From: Balanoglossus misakiensis
Lineage: Eukaryota; Animalia; Hemichordata
Assembly: GCA_040954595.2 (NCBI GenBank)
Contig: CM082578.2
Span: 15,422,998 to 15,486,997 of the forward strand
Reading direction: 5' to 3'
Length of the DNA stretch: 64,000 nt
The notes under the pieces are model-generated. The model was not told the DNA's origin. It worked only from the letters and a program-made list of their open reading frames with translations, and did no database searches. Both the position numbers and the translations under genes were made by a program. Shown piece by piece: positions 1 to 16,400 of the stretch (within the stretch, counting starts at the first letter, position 1; each line of letters begins with the position of its first letter).

Positions 1-489
1 GTAAAAAATAAGGATTTTTTTCTCTAATATTTTCAGCATTATAAATTATGAATAAGGTTTACACGTGTTACAAAATCAAATCATGTTATGGGATTTGGTG
101 CGTGGTTTATTTAGTAAGCTTAAAAACTAGCATGTAAGAAATTGTTAAACACCATTGTCAACTTCAACTATTAAAATGAGAACTGCACCCGTAAAAGATG
201 CTGTTTCAAGTTCCACGACTTTCACAAAGTGAAACTTGCTTGAGGTGGTATTACATAAAAACATCTAAATCTACTGAGAAACTTCTAGCTATATCCTGTT
301 GCTTGCACAGCGAGTAAAATTCCTTCCTCGAAAAATAAATATATCAATTCTTGGACGTGAAAACAAATCGCATCTCTTCCCCGAACCATCCCCGTCGAGA
401 TGTAATGGAAGATTCCTAGAACCGACGGAAGTCGCGTTACTCATCTGCTAATACTCATTCCATCTTCAAGATCTGGCCACAAGGACGCA

Positions 490-2654
490 ATGGATGGACA
501 GAAGAGGACATCGTATGCCGTCGGCAGCCGAAACCACACAGCCGTGGTTGCAATTCTTTTGGCATTGTTTGCTTTGAGCTGTAACATCTTGACGATTGTT
601 TGGCTTTCCGAGATGAAAGTAAGAGTTAGCGAAATGGTAAGTAAGTTGTTTGATCATACTTGGCTATGAAACAACGCGTGACGATACCTTCTTTAGACAC
701 TGTTTGCTTTGGGCTGTAAGGCCGTGATGATTGTTTGACTATCCTAAAGTGAAAGAGATCTGGTAAGATGGTAAGCGTAGTACTTATCAAATCTTTTACT
801 GTACGGTTATGGAAAACATTCTGAACATACATCTTTCAGTGCGAATGGTATTTATCAGGCATACGGCTTAACCTTTACAGAAATTGACGTGTAGGATCGA
901 AGAAGGCATTCTTGAAAATATATTGCTCGGACGGATTGTATTGCTTACGTGGCATAGGGTGGGCAATGTGATACCCACAAAGTGACAAGAGAAATATTTC
1001 CGAGGTTGTTGCAGCTGTTTTGTTGTGTCAAGTAAAATAAGCCAGCCAATATATGTTACTGTAAAGCTAAGTCACCGCAAATGCGAATAGCTAAAAGCAC
1101 GATGCCGCTCGCACGGGTCGATAGCTCGACTATAGTCTCCTCAGCGGAGAACAAAGAGACTTTGGCAGGCGAAGATGAATATACTAGAAATACTTGGCCA
1201 AAAACTGACCTCAACTACTGAATACATTGTTTACTTGAATACAGGAAAAACTCGTGAAATTCACACAGGATTCGGAGAATATTCGCTTAGCCAAACGTGA
1301 TGTCACTGACAGCACAGAAGGAAGGGGTATGTATAACTGTTGTGCTTTGGAGATCAAAACTTTGGTCTTTGTCTATGGTGCGGAGACCGACAGGTTTCAA
1401 CGCGTACTGTGATATGGGATCCCTTCAATCGATTCAGTGGAATATTGTCTTAACCATCATGCAACTACTGTACAATAGACTTTTGGCAGCCATGCTTTGA
1501 TATTGGTTATGACAGTTTCATTTCTTTCCATCGAAGTTGCCAACCCGTGTGGCATCATAGGAATATCTGGACCAGCTGGCGCTCCCGGGCCGGTAGGACC
1601 ACGTGGGTTACCTGGAGTCATAGGGCCACCGGGTTTGCAAGGTCCTGCAGGTAGAGATGGCAGAGATGGCTTGCCGGGTGAGCAGGGAAGTCTAGGTCCT
1701 GTAGGAGAGTCGGGGCCAAGAGGAAATGCCGGTCCGAGGGGAGAAAACGGAGACCAAGGAATACGTGGGAAGGCTGGACCAGGTAAGACGTTCAAGTGTG
1801 TCCTCCTGTGTCTCATTAGACTATATAAGAAAAAAAGTGTAGAAATGATGATTTCACCATGATATCATAAAACACATAATCTGTTCCACTCCCCAGCTGG
1901 ACTGCGTGGACCACCAGGAACCCCTGGTCTTCCAGGGCCAACAGCACCACCTGTCGACGTTCCAGAAATCGTAGAAAACGTCCGCAATGGAGTCCGAAAT
2001 GACACAGGCACGGTGTATGTACGATGGGGAAGGAAGACATGTCCCTCTACGGCGGAACTCGTTTACGATGGTATGTAGATTAAAAGTCTCTCTCTTAAAA
2101 TTACTTCAGATGTCACTGGCATTATGTAAAATCACTGCCTTCACTTTATACACGATCGACCGTGCTTTATTACAGGTGTAATCGGTGGTAGTCATTATAC
2201 TCATACCGGCAGCGGTGCTGACTATCAGTGTCTACCTCTAAACCCAATCTACGACAGCCCTCATGCTGGGTATCAAGACCCGGGTCTTATGTACGGCACA
2301 GAGTACGAAACCAGCACGTTTCCTGCCCTGTCGGCTCTCCATGATTCCGATCCAGTGTGTGCAGTATGCCGCGTGAAATCTCGCAGCACTTTGCTGATGG
2401 TCCCGGCGCGTAACGAATGTCCATCCCCGGATTGGACCAGAGAGTACTACGGTTATCTCATGTCCGCGCACCACACCCATAAACGCTCTCAATACGTGTG
2501 CGTTGATCGCAATCCAGAGGCAAGACCTAACAGCGGCAGTAACAAAGACGGGGCTCTGCTGTATCCTGTTGAAGGAAGGTGCGATGCTGGATCTTTGCCG
2601 TGTGATATTTATACTTCGGGACACGAATTAACATGTGCGGTCTGTACGATTTGA
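490..2654 (+). CDS. Type II transmembrane short-chain collagen (spongin / short-chain collagen C4-like NC1 domain), 5 exons
   Basis: Exons 490-636, 1245-1326, 1537-1782, 1897-2070 and 2176-2654 join in phase with GT-AG ends. Protein: MDGQKRTSYAVGSRNHT, hydrophobic AVVAILLALFALSCNILTIVWL, then RLAKR, Gly-X-Y repeats, and a Cys-rich domain (GTVYVRWGRKTCP...GGSHYTHTGSGADYQCLP...CAVC...YYGYLMS...CVD...ELTCAVCTI) typical of short-chain collagen C4. Confidence 0.85.
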
Positions 2655-3201
2655 TTTGGCGTACTTCAAATGAGAGTACCATAACTTTCTTTTATTCTTT
2701 ATGGGTGCTCTCCATAAGTTATAACCGGCATACCTTTCCTTGTCTTTAAAATTCATTAAGTTCATACACAAGAAAACAAAATGTTATTGTTTACACAAAA
2801 TTAATAGCTTTTGGCAATGTTTTCAAAGCCCAATTGACATAATTATGTCAACTTCTGTGAATGTTTATTTTGAACTACATGTATATGTCGAGACTGGTAC
2901 TTAACTCGTAACACAAAGGGGGGGGGGGCTATCTAAAAGTATTTTGGGAGGACTTCGTTGAATTTTCATAGGCTTGCCCAAGAACAGTTTCAAATTTTGG
3001 ACAGCCAGGTTTTTACAAAACATAACTATGACAGTAACCACTGTTGAATCCACATCCTGGTACTCCACACACCTGACCAGTACATCCCAACCCGGGTGAG
3101 AGGAATGGAATTTAGAGAAATGAATTTTGGGCTGTCACTTTGAAGAAAAAAATGCATGGAAATTCATCATCTGAATGCTCTTTTCAGAGTGGAAACAAGC
3201 G

Positions 3202-3237
3202 TGAATGAATGAATGAATGAATGAATGAATGAATGAA
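3202..3237. repeat. (TGAA)n tetranucleotide microsatellite downstream of the METAP2 stop codon (probable 3' UTR)
   Basis: About 9 consecutive tgaa units seen directly. Confidence 0.95.
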
Positions 3238-3356
3238 GAAAACATAATGGATGTCTCTGGTTGAAACCTGCAAGTTCCTTGAGTCTTGCCCAGGTGCTGT
3301 GAGTTGGTCTTGTGCGTGTCTTCTCTCATGGAACCATCAGAATAATTATGCGAACT

Positions 3357-6707
<3,351 letters not shown>

Positions 6708-7151
6708 ATTTGATGATCACAATCTCGCACAACTTCATTTCCAGAGGGCGCGCTAACCAGACGATTGACCAAGAAAAACGCAAAAGAGCTGTTCACTCGT
6801 AAGAGATGGGATGCTATATCTGAATACTTTGGGAGTTGTGATTAATTTGAGCGCTATCTAACAGTCTATTCGTGTCTATATGTGATTGCCTGTGGAAATG
6901 ACATCATTGGTAATATCCCCATCAACTCACATACAGCTGATCGTCGACTGAAACTTGACATATGTGCTTGCTTCTGAGACGATACGAATACCCGAGTACA
7001 CTAGTGCAGATCAGTGTGATCTTGTACCGTGTGGTTGCTATCAAGGTCGTGATAGCGCTTTCTGACTGAGCTGAAGTTAATGTGCTTTAAACTGTTCTAA
7101 CCTGGACCTCGCCATGTTTCCGAAGAGTGTTTAATATCAATCACATGCACG
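6708..7151. promoter_or_regulatory. Putative bidirectional promoter between METAP2 and the sialyltransferase, with a non-coding first exon ending at the donor near 7151
   Basis: METAP2 ATG at 6707 (-). Strong + strand donor cacg|gtgagt near 7151, and acceptor ccacag at 9318 just before the sialyltransferase ATG. Confidence 0.5.
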
Positions 7152-9332
7152 GTGAGTATGTTGTAATCTGTTGCCATAGTATCAACGCCAGGGGTGGCTC
7201 GAATCAATCGTGAAGAAAATGTGAATGCGGATATGTACACAGTTTCACTGACGTGTCGCATGTATTGGTCAACTCAGGGAATTCGATACTCTGATGAGTG
7301 AATATATATTTCAGTCTGTTTAGTTTAGTGCAGTTAAGACAGTCTGGCAAGAAAGCCCCAGTAAAAATCCATTTAGGGCATGTAGAGTTAGCAATAGAGT
7401 TAACAAATATGTGCACCATTTATTGGTATATTCTGTTGATCTGTAACAAGAATTATGGTCCAAGAATATTCACTGTCAGGCAGCGTGGCTGTCAGTAAGG
7501 AGACAAAAATAACACTTTACTTTGTTGTACTGGCTAGTAGGGTACCAGTATTAACATGAACAACCCACTAGACCATTTGGTGGGATATTTTTGGAACAGA
7601 GTACAGTGGAAGTAGTGTCAGAAAGGTCTTTAGTAAAGTGATGTATTGAACAAACAGCTACATGCAGTGGTAGCATAGTAGTGAAATCGGGAACAGTACC
7701 ATATTGTACAGAGCAGGTATGAAGTCAAGTTCATTTCTTTAGGCCAATTGCATCTCTCAGTCTAGTGTTACACATCGCACACTCTCACATTAACCATACA
7801 TTAACCATATTGATAGTTTTTGGTGTCTGCTTTATCGAAGGAAATGATAATTTCAACTAGGGATTTTATAATCTTTTTTCTCATAGAAAGATGTGTTCAT
7901 AGCCATTTTCATGTGTTGTATTGTCAATACCACTCTTAGTTATAATCACAAAATCAGCATGCAGCTTTTGAAATGAGACAGGCATTCAGACAAGAATGGG
8001 TGATTCGATGGCCATTGTGTGGCCATTAATAGTTCAATATTTTTAGATTTTTTATCTTCACAGCCAGAGAGTAGGCGGCAAATGGCCTCACAAAGCAGAG
8101 GTGTTCTATCACATTTTAGTTTATTTTTTTTTAAATTTATAATAACACCATTGATGTTTTGTTCATTACTAACTGTATGACATCACCTTAAAATTTATAT
8201 TTTACTTAACTTACATGTATTTAGTAAATTTCTTTTCCAGCTAGCAGGCAGTGTACTTTCAAAGGGCCTGCCTCCAATTCAGACAATAGTGTAGACAAAT
8301 AAATGGGGGATTTGACAGGGTGTGTCATGAAAGTACTTGTCCATGTATAGGCCTGAAAGGGTGGTGTCCCTTGTATGAGAGTGTCTTCAATACCATTCAG
8401 GGATTCATAACAAAGAATAAAAACAAAGAAGATAGGCTGTAGCTCTTTAAAAAATGATAGCCCCAGGGTATGTAGGGCATTTGCCAAAGTTCATTAGACT
8501 GACATCCAATTTCCTGAAGTGGGTGGGTTGCTGCATAATATCTTCCTGATTAATAATACTATTTAATTAAAAATTCATAGTATTTTAAAACCAGAGGGAA
8601 AACTATCATGATACAACAGCTCTGATGACAGTTATGACATTATACTACTTTTTTAACGTCAGATTTTTGAAATAGAAAGTTGCAATTATTATAGGTTCCT
8701 TTTTATCAACCACACCTTTTCCATAGAGTTAAATGTTCTAGCACACTGTATATCAAAGTATGGAGGGCACCATGCATATAATTTCCGACCCCATATGGTA
8801 TGTGGTAATACTTTCTGCATACATGAATGGCCATTTCTGCCTGGGTATGTCCATGCAATTCTCCATGTATGGCATATTGTATTTGCTTTCCACATGAAAG
8901 CAATCAGATAAAGAAATATAGGATCAGGGGGGCTGAAATGATTAAATCTCTTGATTATAAAAGTATGTATATGTGGTAGTAGTCATGATTCAATTTTCAC
9001 CATGAGTGATACATAAATACTTCTTGCAGCTTACTGTAGTGCTGTATAGTTGGAGAAATTCATATTGTTTTTTGTCTTGGTATTTCTATCAAGTACATCC
9101 TGAGTACATGTACAGTGCAAGATCACAGACTGTTTTAAAAAGCTGCTGACAGAATGAAGAGATAAATCCTGTCGTGTTTTATTGGTATTAATTTACCATA
9201 TAACGCTGTCAAGTGTTATATAGTAAATTAATATTACAAATCATACAGTAGCATTGAGAAGCAATCATTAGCAGTTGATGCATCCACCTAATACCTCTAC
9301 TTTGTCTTGTATCCACAGTCTAATACGCTGTC

Positions 9333-11610
9333 ATGAACAGACTTTACAGAAGATTGGCTATTATAGCCGTGCTGACGGTATCAGCTCTGCTAGTTTTCAA
9401 TTACATCGTGATGCCTTCAGACAAAACCAGTAAACATGCACACCTCCGCGATGACCTTCATTGCAATTGGTAAGTTCATTTACACTTTACACATGTTCTT
9501 GTAAGTCACTTGAATGCATATAGTTTCACAAGCATATGTGATTCGAGAAACATATGTTCTGAAGAATTAGTTCTGTTGTCGTAATTAAAAAAATGTTTTG
9601 TGTATGTTACAGGCCCATATGTACCAGTGTATGTTTTGCTAGGCAATGGTATTCAGTTAAAAAAGTGTGTTATTAATTTTTTCCCCAATTTTCTTTATAT
9701 ACCATAGTCACAGTGGACTGACAGATGAAGTGAAAACCCATCTCAGAACAGACAATCACAATAATGAGGTTCCACCACCTTCAGACATCTCCTTCACAGC
9801 AGGCTCTGTGAAAAATGGTTTTGTGAATTTCAAAGAAGGAAGTGCTGAATATACTTTTAGATTGAATTCAAAAATGAAGCAATCAGTAAGTGTTATAGAT
9901 TTCAATTTTTGAAGTCAGTCGTTGATTTCCAAATGGTACACATTTTTAAAATACTATTTCAGGCAGAGAATGTACTGAAAAACCTTTCCCTTCTCTCCTG
10001 CTTTCCCTCAGACCTGTCCAACATCACTACAAAAGAAAGTTCTGGAGTCTCCATGGTTTGCTGCAAAGTATCGTCCTGACATTCAGATGTTGGCGGATGA
10101 GAAATTGTTGAATACGTCTGAGTACGAGCGACTGTTGCCATATTGGATGCCGTTTGGATACAAGTACCATGAAAATATAACAGAAGAAGGTATTAATCAG
10201 ATTGTGAAGTGAATGTGTTCCCTTGGGTGGAATGTTATATGTCATTTACTTGGCATTGAAGTTGGTATCATTGTACTGGAAAACAAGAAAAATAACATTT
10301 GGCGTTTCTCTTGTCTTCAGAATTACAGCAGGTCTATACTGAATTTCCGAACACAGAGAGCATATTTAGATTTGAAGACTATGAGAGGCCGCCATGTATC
10401 AGTTGTGCTGTGGTTGGAACTGGGGGAGTTCTGAACGGATCTAATATGGGTAAAGAAATAGACAGCCATGATATGGTCTTCAGGTGCGTGTCATGTCTGT
10501 CTTTCAGCTTAGACTGGAATCTTCACTTCAACATTATATTTATTAGTAATTTATTTGGTAACATTTGTAACATTATTTCAGTTTGCCATTTGGATTATAC
10601 GACTTCCCATTTTGAAATTTGTGATAGAAATTGCTCAATGTGAGTTGAAGCATAAATGCAAGTAACCCATTAGGTATACATCACACTTGAATGTACCAGT
10701 TCTGATCAAATGAGCACAAACTCTTCTTGACGCTACATTATGGTTCAATCACTTTTCAGGGTAAACAACGCAGTCAGGAAAGGCTATGAGAAGGATGTTG
10801 GCGAAAAGTTGACACACTATGTCTTCTTTGACAGATCATTAATATACTCCAAAGGAGGTGATTTACCAAACGACAAGGTGAGATTTGGTTTAAATGGTGA
10901 CCCATTCACTCCTATAATTTGGTATGACCCCATTGGTTTCTGAAAGTTCCTAAAACGTTTTGGGCATAGTGTCTGACATCATAATGTCTTTGTACTGTCT
11001 TGTCTGCCAGAGCTTATAGCATTCTGATGATGTTAATATCTATTTGTTTGATTTGTTCAATAGGGAGTGACATATGTCTTTGTTCCCTGTCGAAAGCAAG
11101 ATCTTAATTACATTCTGGTGGTAATTGGCAAGGGCAAATCTAGGAAGCCGGCCAAAATAACCACAACAAGTGACAACATACGAATACTTCATCCAGATTT
11201 CGTCAGATATGTTCATAAAATGTAAGTACATGTACATGAAGTTTGACTGTTTCCTGCAGTGTTTTCTACTCTGTGAATTCAGCGGGAACTATGTTATTGG
11301 CAATGCCATGTCTTTATGAGACTGATTCAATGTCTTATTATTTTACAGTTGGGAAAACACTACCTCGTTCCGACCGAGTACTGGTGCCATCATGGCGATG
11401 ACAGCACTGCATGCTGGATGTGATCACGTGAGCCTCTACGGAATGGGGTTCACTTATCAGTACAGTTCCCATTACTACGACCCAGAGTATGTGAAATATG
11501 CAAATGTGAAAGGGAGTCATGATTTCAAAAGGGAAATATCGATTTGGGGAAAATTACATCAAGATGGTATTGCTAGGTGGTACAAACGAGACGTAGCCGA
11601 TTTTACGTAG
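9333..11610 (+). CDS. GT29 sialyltransferase, ST6GalNAc1/2-like (multi-exon)
   Basis: N-terminal signal anchor [26 protein letters not shown]. Sialylmotif [33 protein letters not shown], then LHPDFVRY, motif [25 protein letters not shown], motif III HYYD and motif VS HDFKRE. The HPDF and RPSTG context resembles ST6GALNAC1/2. Confidence 0.9.
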
Positions 11611-13478
11611 TAGTTGCCTAAGAAGTTTCTTCTGGGACAGATGTTTACTTATATTCAAAAATACACGTCTTTTGCCACACAATATTTTTTTTATACTTTC
11701 AGTGCCATATGAAATCTTTAAAGACAAAAGACTTTTCAGCAGAATGAATTTCCAAATAATTAAATTGAGTACAACTGCAAGACTTATCAAATTATGTTAA
11801 TGTTACATTAGATGAATTTTGTTGTTTTATTGATACCAATAGAATTCATAATTCGTTGTCTCTGCATGTGTTTATCAAGTTTAGATACTATTTCATGCAG
11901 ACCTTACTCAGACACCAGTGTGTGTAGTCAAGTTTTAAATGCAAATTATGTACTATTGTGATACAGTATTGTATTTATTTCTTTGTCAAGATGAATTCCC
12001 AGCATATTTTTTGACAAATAAAAAAATGTGACAAGTATATTGACTGTGTTGCTTGTGTTTGAGTAATAATACACCACACACGGCCCTGTGTACTTTGACA
12101 CAATAAGACTTTGCGGTAGTATGCGGCACAAATATTGCATTTTTAAAAAGTCGTTTTCTTTATAATAATAATCTTCTTGCAAAATAATTTGTTTCTTTGG
12201 TGACACAAATATTTAAAACCTGCATGACATGCGCTACTGCATGTAAATAAGTCTGACAAAACATGGGCAAAAAAATATGAATATCCATGCCATACATTAT
12301 AACCATACGTTTATAGCCAATAGTGATTAAACGTGGCTTATTATAGTCACCGAGATTTTAATGCAGGTTTTACCAAGTTACATGAAAAGATGCACTTACT
12401 GTAAATATTTTGAAAACAAACACTGCATATCCCATACATCGTTGAAAACTCCATATCCATTCAAACAGGTACTCTACTAAACCCAACACATTTGAATACA
12501 CTTTCTGTCAATCCCGAGTAAACAGTGACAAGGAAAAACGTCTTGCTTTGTGGAATTCTGGCTTCAACATTACTTTTGTGACAACAAGAATTTTGACTTT
12601 ACTGGTAGACTATATTTTAAAAGTGAATGAGTGTAAAGTTCCTTTGGCGCATGAGCTGCACACAATCCCATGACAAGTTTAAAATTGTCAAGTAAATATA
12701 ATTTCTTGGACAAGCATAAACTGTATGAATACAAGATGACATAGTTTTTACACTTGACTGGTCCAATTAAAGCTGATTCTGGTATAGATTGTGATGGTAT
12801 ATGTGAGAAAAACTGACACCTCCAATGTTCACCGGAAAGACAACTGTATGCCATGTAAGCTATCCTGCTTTGTTTCCTCCAATAATCTATGCAGACTTCT
12901 TAAACAGCTTAGAAATGTCACTCAATGAACCTCCTCAATAACAATGTCATTTGTTGGCTTCACTGAAAGTGACACATACAGACTTATTGCGCCCTTGTTT
13001 GATACATTACATAGTCAGCCCACAAACATCAAATTGTAAATGTCATTAGTTGCATATTTACACAAATGGAATAAATGTCACATACTAGTACTGCCAGATC
13101 TCTATCAATGATTGACAGTGTGTATGTAACTCAATGAGATTCAGCAGTGATTCTGGTCAATGAGACAACCATAATCAGTGATTTGTCTTGTGGTTTCACT
13201 ATGACAAAGTCGAAGATTCATTATTTTTTTCATTTTGCACATCAACATAATCTTGAAAAATTCTCAGACATAATACAATAGTATTGATACTGTAATTATA
13301 CATGTATTTTGGGAAACAAATCAATTGTTTATCATGTCAAGTTTATGCATTTGGCAAGGGTCTGTGCAGCACATTTAAAATCTTATGTGATTAGCAACTC
13401 ACTTCGAGTTTCAGCTAATTATTTTTTCTTCTTTGGTCACATTGCACATGGATTTGGTGTTGTATGACCCCATTAGCA

Positions 13479-16400
13479 TCATGTACTTCGATGCACCGGC
13501 AACTCTTTGCTTGTAAGATTCATCCACTGTTTAGACAGCAATTTCAAAAGTCTATCCCTCTCCTCGACAGTCTGCAACAGGAAGGTCCAGAGAATTTCCT
13601 GCCCATCTATCACTTCGTCAATCGGAGAATCACGGGCGCTGTAGTAATCGCGGCTATCCTCGACGACCACTTCAATTTTCTCGAAAGCCAGCGTGATGAG
13701 TGATGCAGTGGGACCACTGGTGGCCACTCGTCTGAGATCAACCAGTGGTTTGATCTCTGTGACCTTGTACTGTGGGTTCTCAGGAAGGACCTTGGTGTAG
13801 TCGGGCAGAGGGTAGCTGACGTGATCCTGAATGCACAGCACAACGTGGCTGTTCGTGACAACCAGTGTCCGAGACTCTGATACTGCATCACTGCCTTCGC
13901 ACAGTGACACTTGCAACTGGAACAACAAGGAGTACATGAGGATAGTCACATCATCCGCGGCAGACTTATTCTCTTTAGTGCTGTCGACTACAACGAATGT
14001 CAGATCGCTGACGACTTCTTCACTGGGGTAAACAAAACGCACTTTACTTGGGTGTACAAACTCAAAGTTGTCCTGACCGGACCAGGCTTTGAGAGAGGCC
14101 TTGTAGAGGTCATAGTCTGAGCCGCTTGTCTCCATCTCAGGCGATGGCGTCGAAATGTTGACGAAACACAGCACTGACATCAGCGCGTCCAGGAACGCGT
14201 GCGTTGTCTTGTAGTCCCTGGTGAGACAGGACAGCGTGTTTTGCGAATCAGTTCCGGTCAGCCGGAAACTCTGATCAAACAAGCCACTGAACACCTCTTT
14301 GAGGTTCTTCAGCTGCATGGTGTGGTAGCATCGGACCTGCCCCTGGGTGCTGTCTGGATTCACGTTCATGATGACACCACTGCAGTGGCTTGTGGATTCT
14401 GGCTTCTCTGTTGGCACTGCTGTTCTCCCGACAACGGAGTCGCTATGCATGCGTCTGTGTCCCTTCCATGACTGCAGCAGCAGCTGCCCCGCAGACCGAC
14501 TCTTCATCAACTTCACATCCTGATCCGACACAAAATAGATCGCCTTGGAGCTCAACATCACGCAGGATTCCACCTCTTGGGTGGGCAGACAATGCGTGAC
14601 AACTTCGCACCACATTAAAAACTTCAACTCCTCCATGTCTGTGCTGATCTGAGCGACATTTTCATGGAAATACTTCACGATGGCCACGCCCCTCAGCGCA
14701 GCCATGCCACTCAAAGCCTCAGACAGTCTGCTACTGGCCTTGGAGTTCTGCTCAGAGAGTGCATTCAAGGCATCTTCTGTATACATTCTAGTTGGGTCGA
14801 TGACTGGCTGACTCTGACATGATGTCGGTGCTGCTGTGGGAGGCAACAGTGGTAAATCAAGCTCTGTGCAGCGGATATTCTCTAGACTCCCCGACTTGAA
14901 CATGACCCTGACAGTGGACTGAGCTGACCGCTTCTCTCTGGCCGATGTCATCACCTCGAACAGGGCACCGGGCATCAAGGTATGCAGGCGGTTCTCCAAG
15001 TACACCTGGAACTTTCCAGCGACTCCCAACTTCACCGGCATACCACCAAGTGTCGGGCTACCGTCGGACAACTCGACCAACGACTGCAAGAATTCCTTCA
15101 TCTGATTGACCGGCATGTTGTCCACATAGTGCTGAAGACTCTGTGTCTGCTCCTTGACGGGTTGGTCGTTCTCCTCCACACTGGTTTCTGCTTCAGAGGT
15201 GTCACTCTCTCCCTCTGGTGGCTGTCTACACTCTCCATCCATATCAATATCTCCCTCCTCCTCCTCCTCACCATCACACTTGCTGTCACAGTATTCCCCA
15301 GGGGGTATAGGAATCCGTGTCAGCAAGAGATCTTCAATGGGATACTCGTCTGCCTTGCTGTGTTTGGAGATCGCTTCCAACACGCACTGCAGCTGCTGTA
15401 GTGCAGGAGAAAGGCTTTCTATGGAGGCTTCCTTTTCTGTTGAATAGTTGATGTCTGAACTGACTTTTCCATGATTGAAGTCCAATGACCTTAAATAAAA
15501 AAAAATATACATTTAATATACATTAAACTTGACTGGATAATTCATTACTCAATTTTTAGCCTATTAAAATACCCAAATAAAGAATCAAAATTTACATTGA
15601 CTGAATCTGAATCTGAACCATACCTGGCTGCAGTTTTCTCCAACACATCCTCTGTCAGACTCTCTATAGGTGAATGACTCATTTTGGTTGACCTTTGACC
15701 GTACATGTAAGTTGACTCTTCTGTCTTCAAGTTGTGCGGTTTGCTGTCCTGTGGAAATGATGAGCTGGAGGACAGAGACGACTGTTCTTCTCCCGACTGC
15801 TGGATCTCATTAAGCATGCGTAACCACTGCTCTCCTCCTAAGTTGCGGATGGACTCGATCTGCGACCGGAATTCCCCAGAGGTGGGGCTCGGTTCTGTCA
15901 CTGAAAAGAAACCAGAAAGGCAGCAATAAGATAGACCATTCCAGCATTGAGTATACCTTGAGAACAGAGCAACCTTACTTTGTCAAATGGAGCCCTGCAA
16001 TAGTTAAATGACCAAGCTGGAACAGCATCAAAAACCTTGGAGAATCAAAAGATTTCACGGTATGGACACTTGAAGGCACTTTCTCCGGTGCTGGCTTTTG
16101 CAAGGGGGAGGTAGGTAGGTTGGAAACGATATTTATGTGTATACGTATACATACTTGATTACCTTGGCCAGTAGATGGTGGAGTTGACCCAGGTGTAGCC
16201 TGCAAACTATTGGGTCGTTGTGTTTCCGCCCCAAGAGAATCAGCATCAGCTATTTCTGCTTCATGGACATGCTTCTGATGAAAATAACACAAAAGTTTAA
16301 GCTGTTCAATTGAATGGCTACAACAGAAAATGAGATTGGAACCAAGATGTGCAACAATTAACAGACAATGGTATTCTTTGTTATGTATTTAACATTCTCA

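Noticed and set aside
1459-1536. Apparent frameshifted signal peptide (MQLLYNRLLAAML / LILVMTVSFL) suggesting a collagen pseudogene
   Set aside because: This stretch lies in intron 1327-1536. An in-phase acceptor (catttctttccatcgaag|) joins the upstream exons into an intact ORF.
1457-1816. Pro/Gly-rich minus-strand ORF
   Set aside because: Antisense shadow of the collagen Gly-X-Y codons.
11610-13479. Overlapping convergent 3' UTRs of the sialyltransferase and NISCH
   Set aside because: AATAAA-like hexamers occur on both strands, but the region is AT-rich and transcript ends cannot be fixed from sequence.
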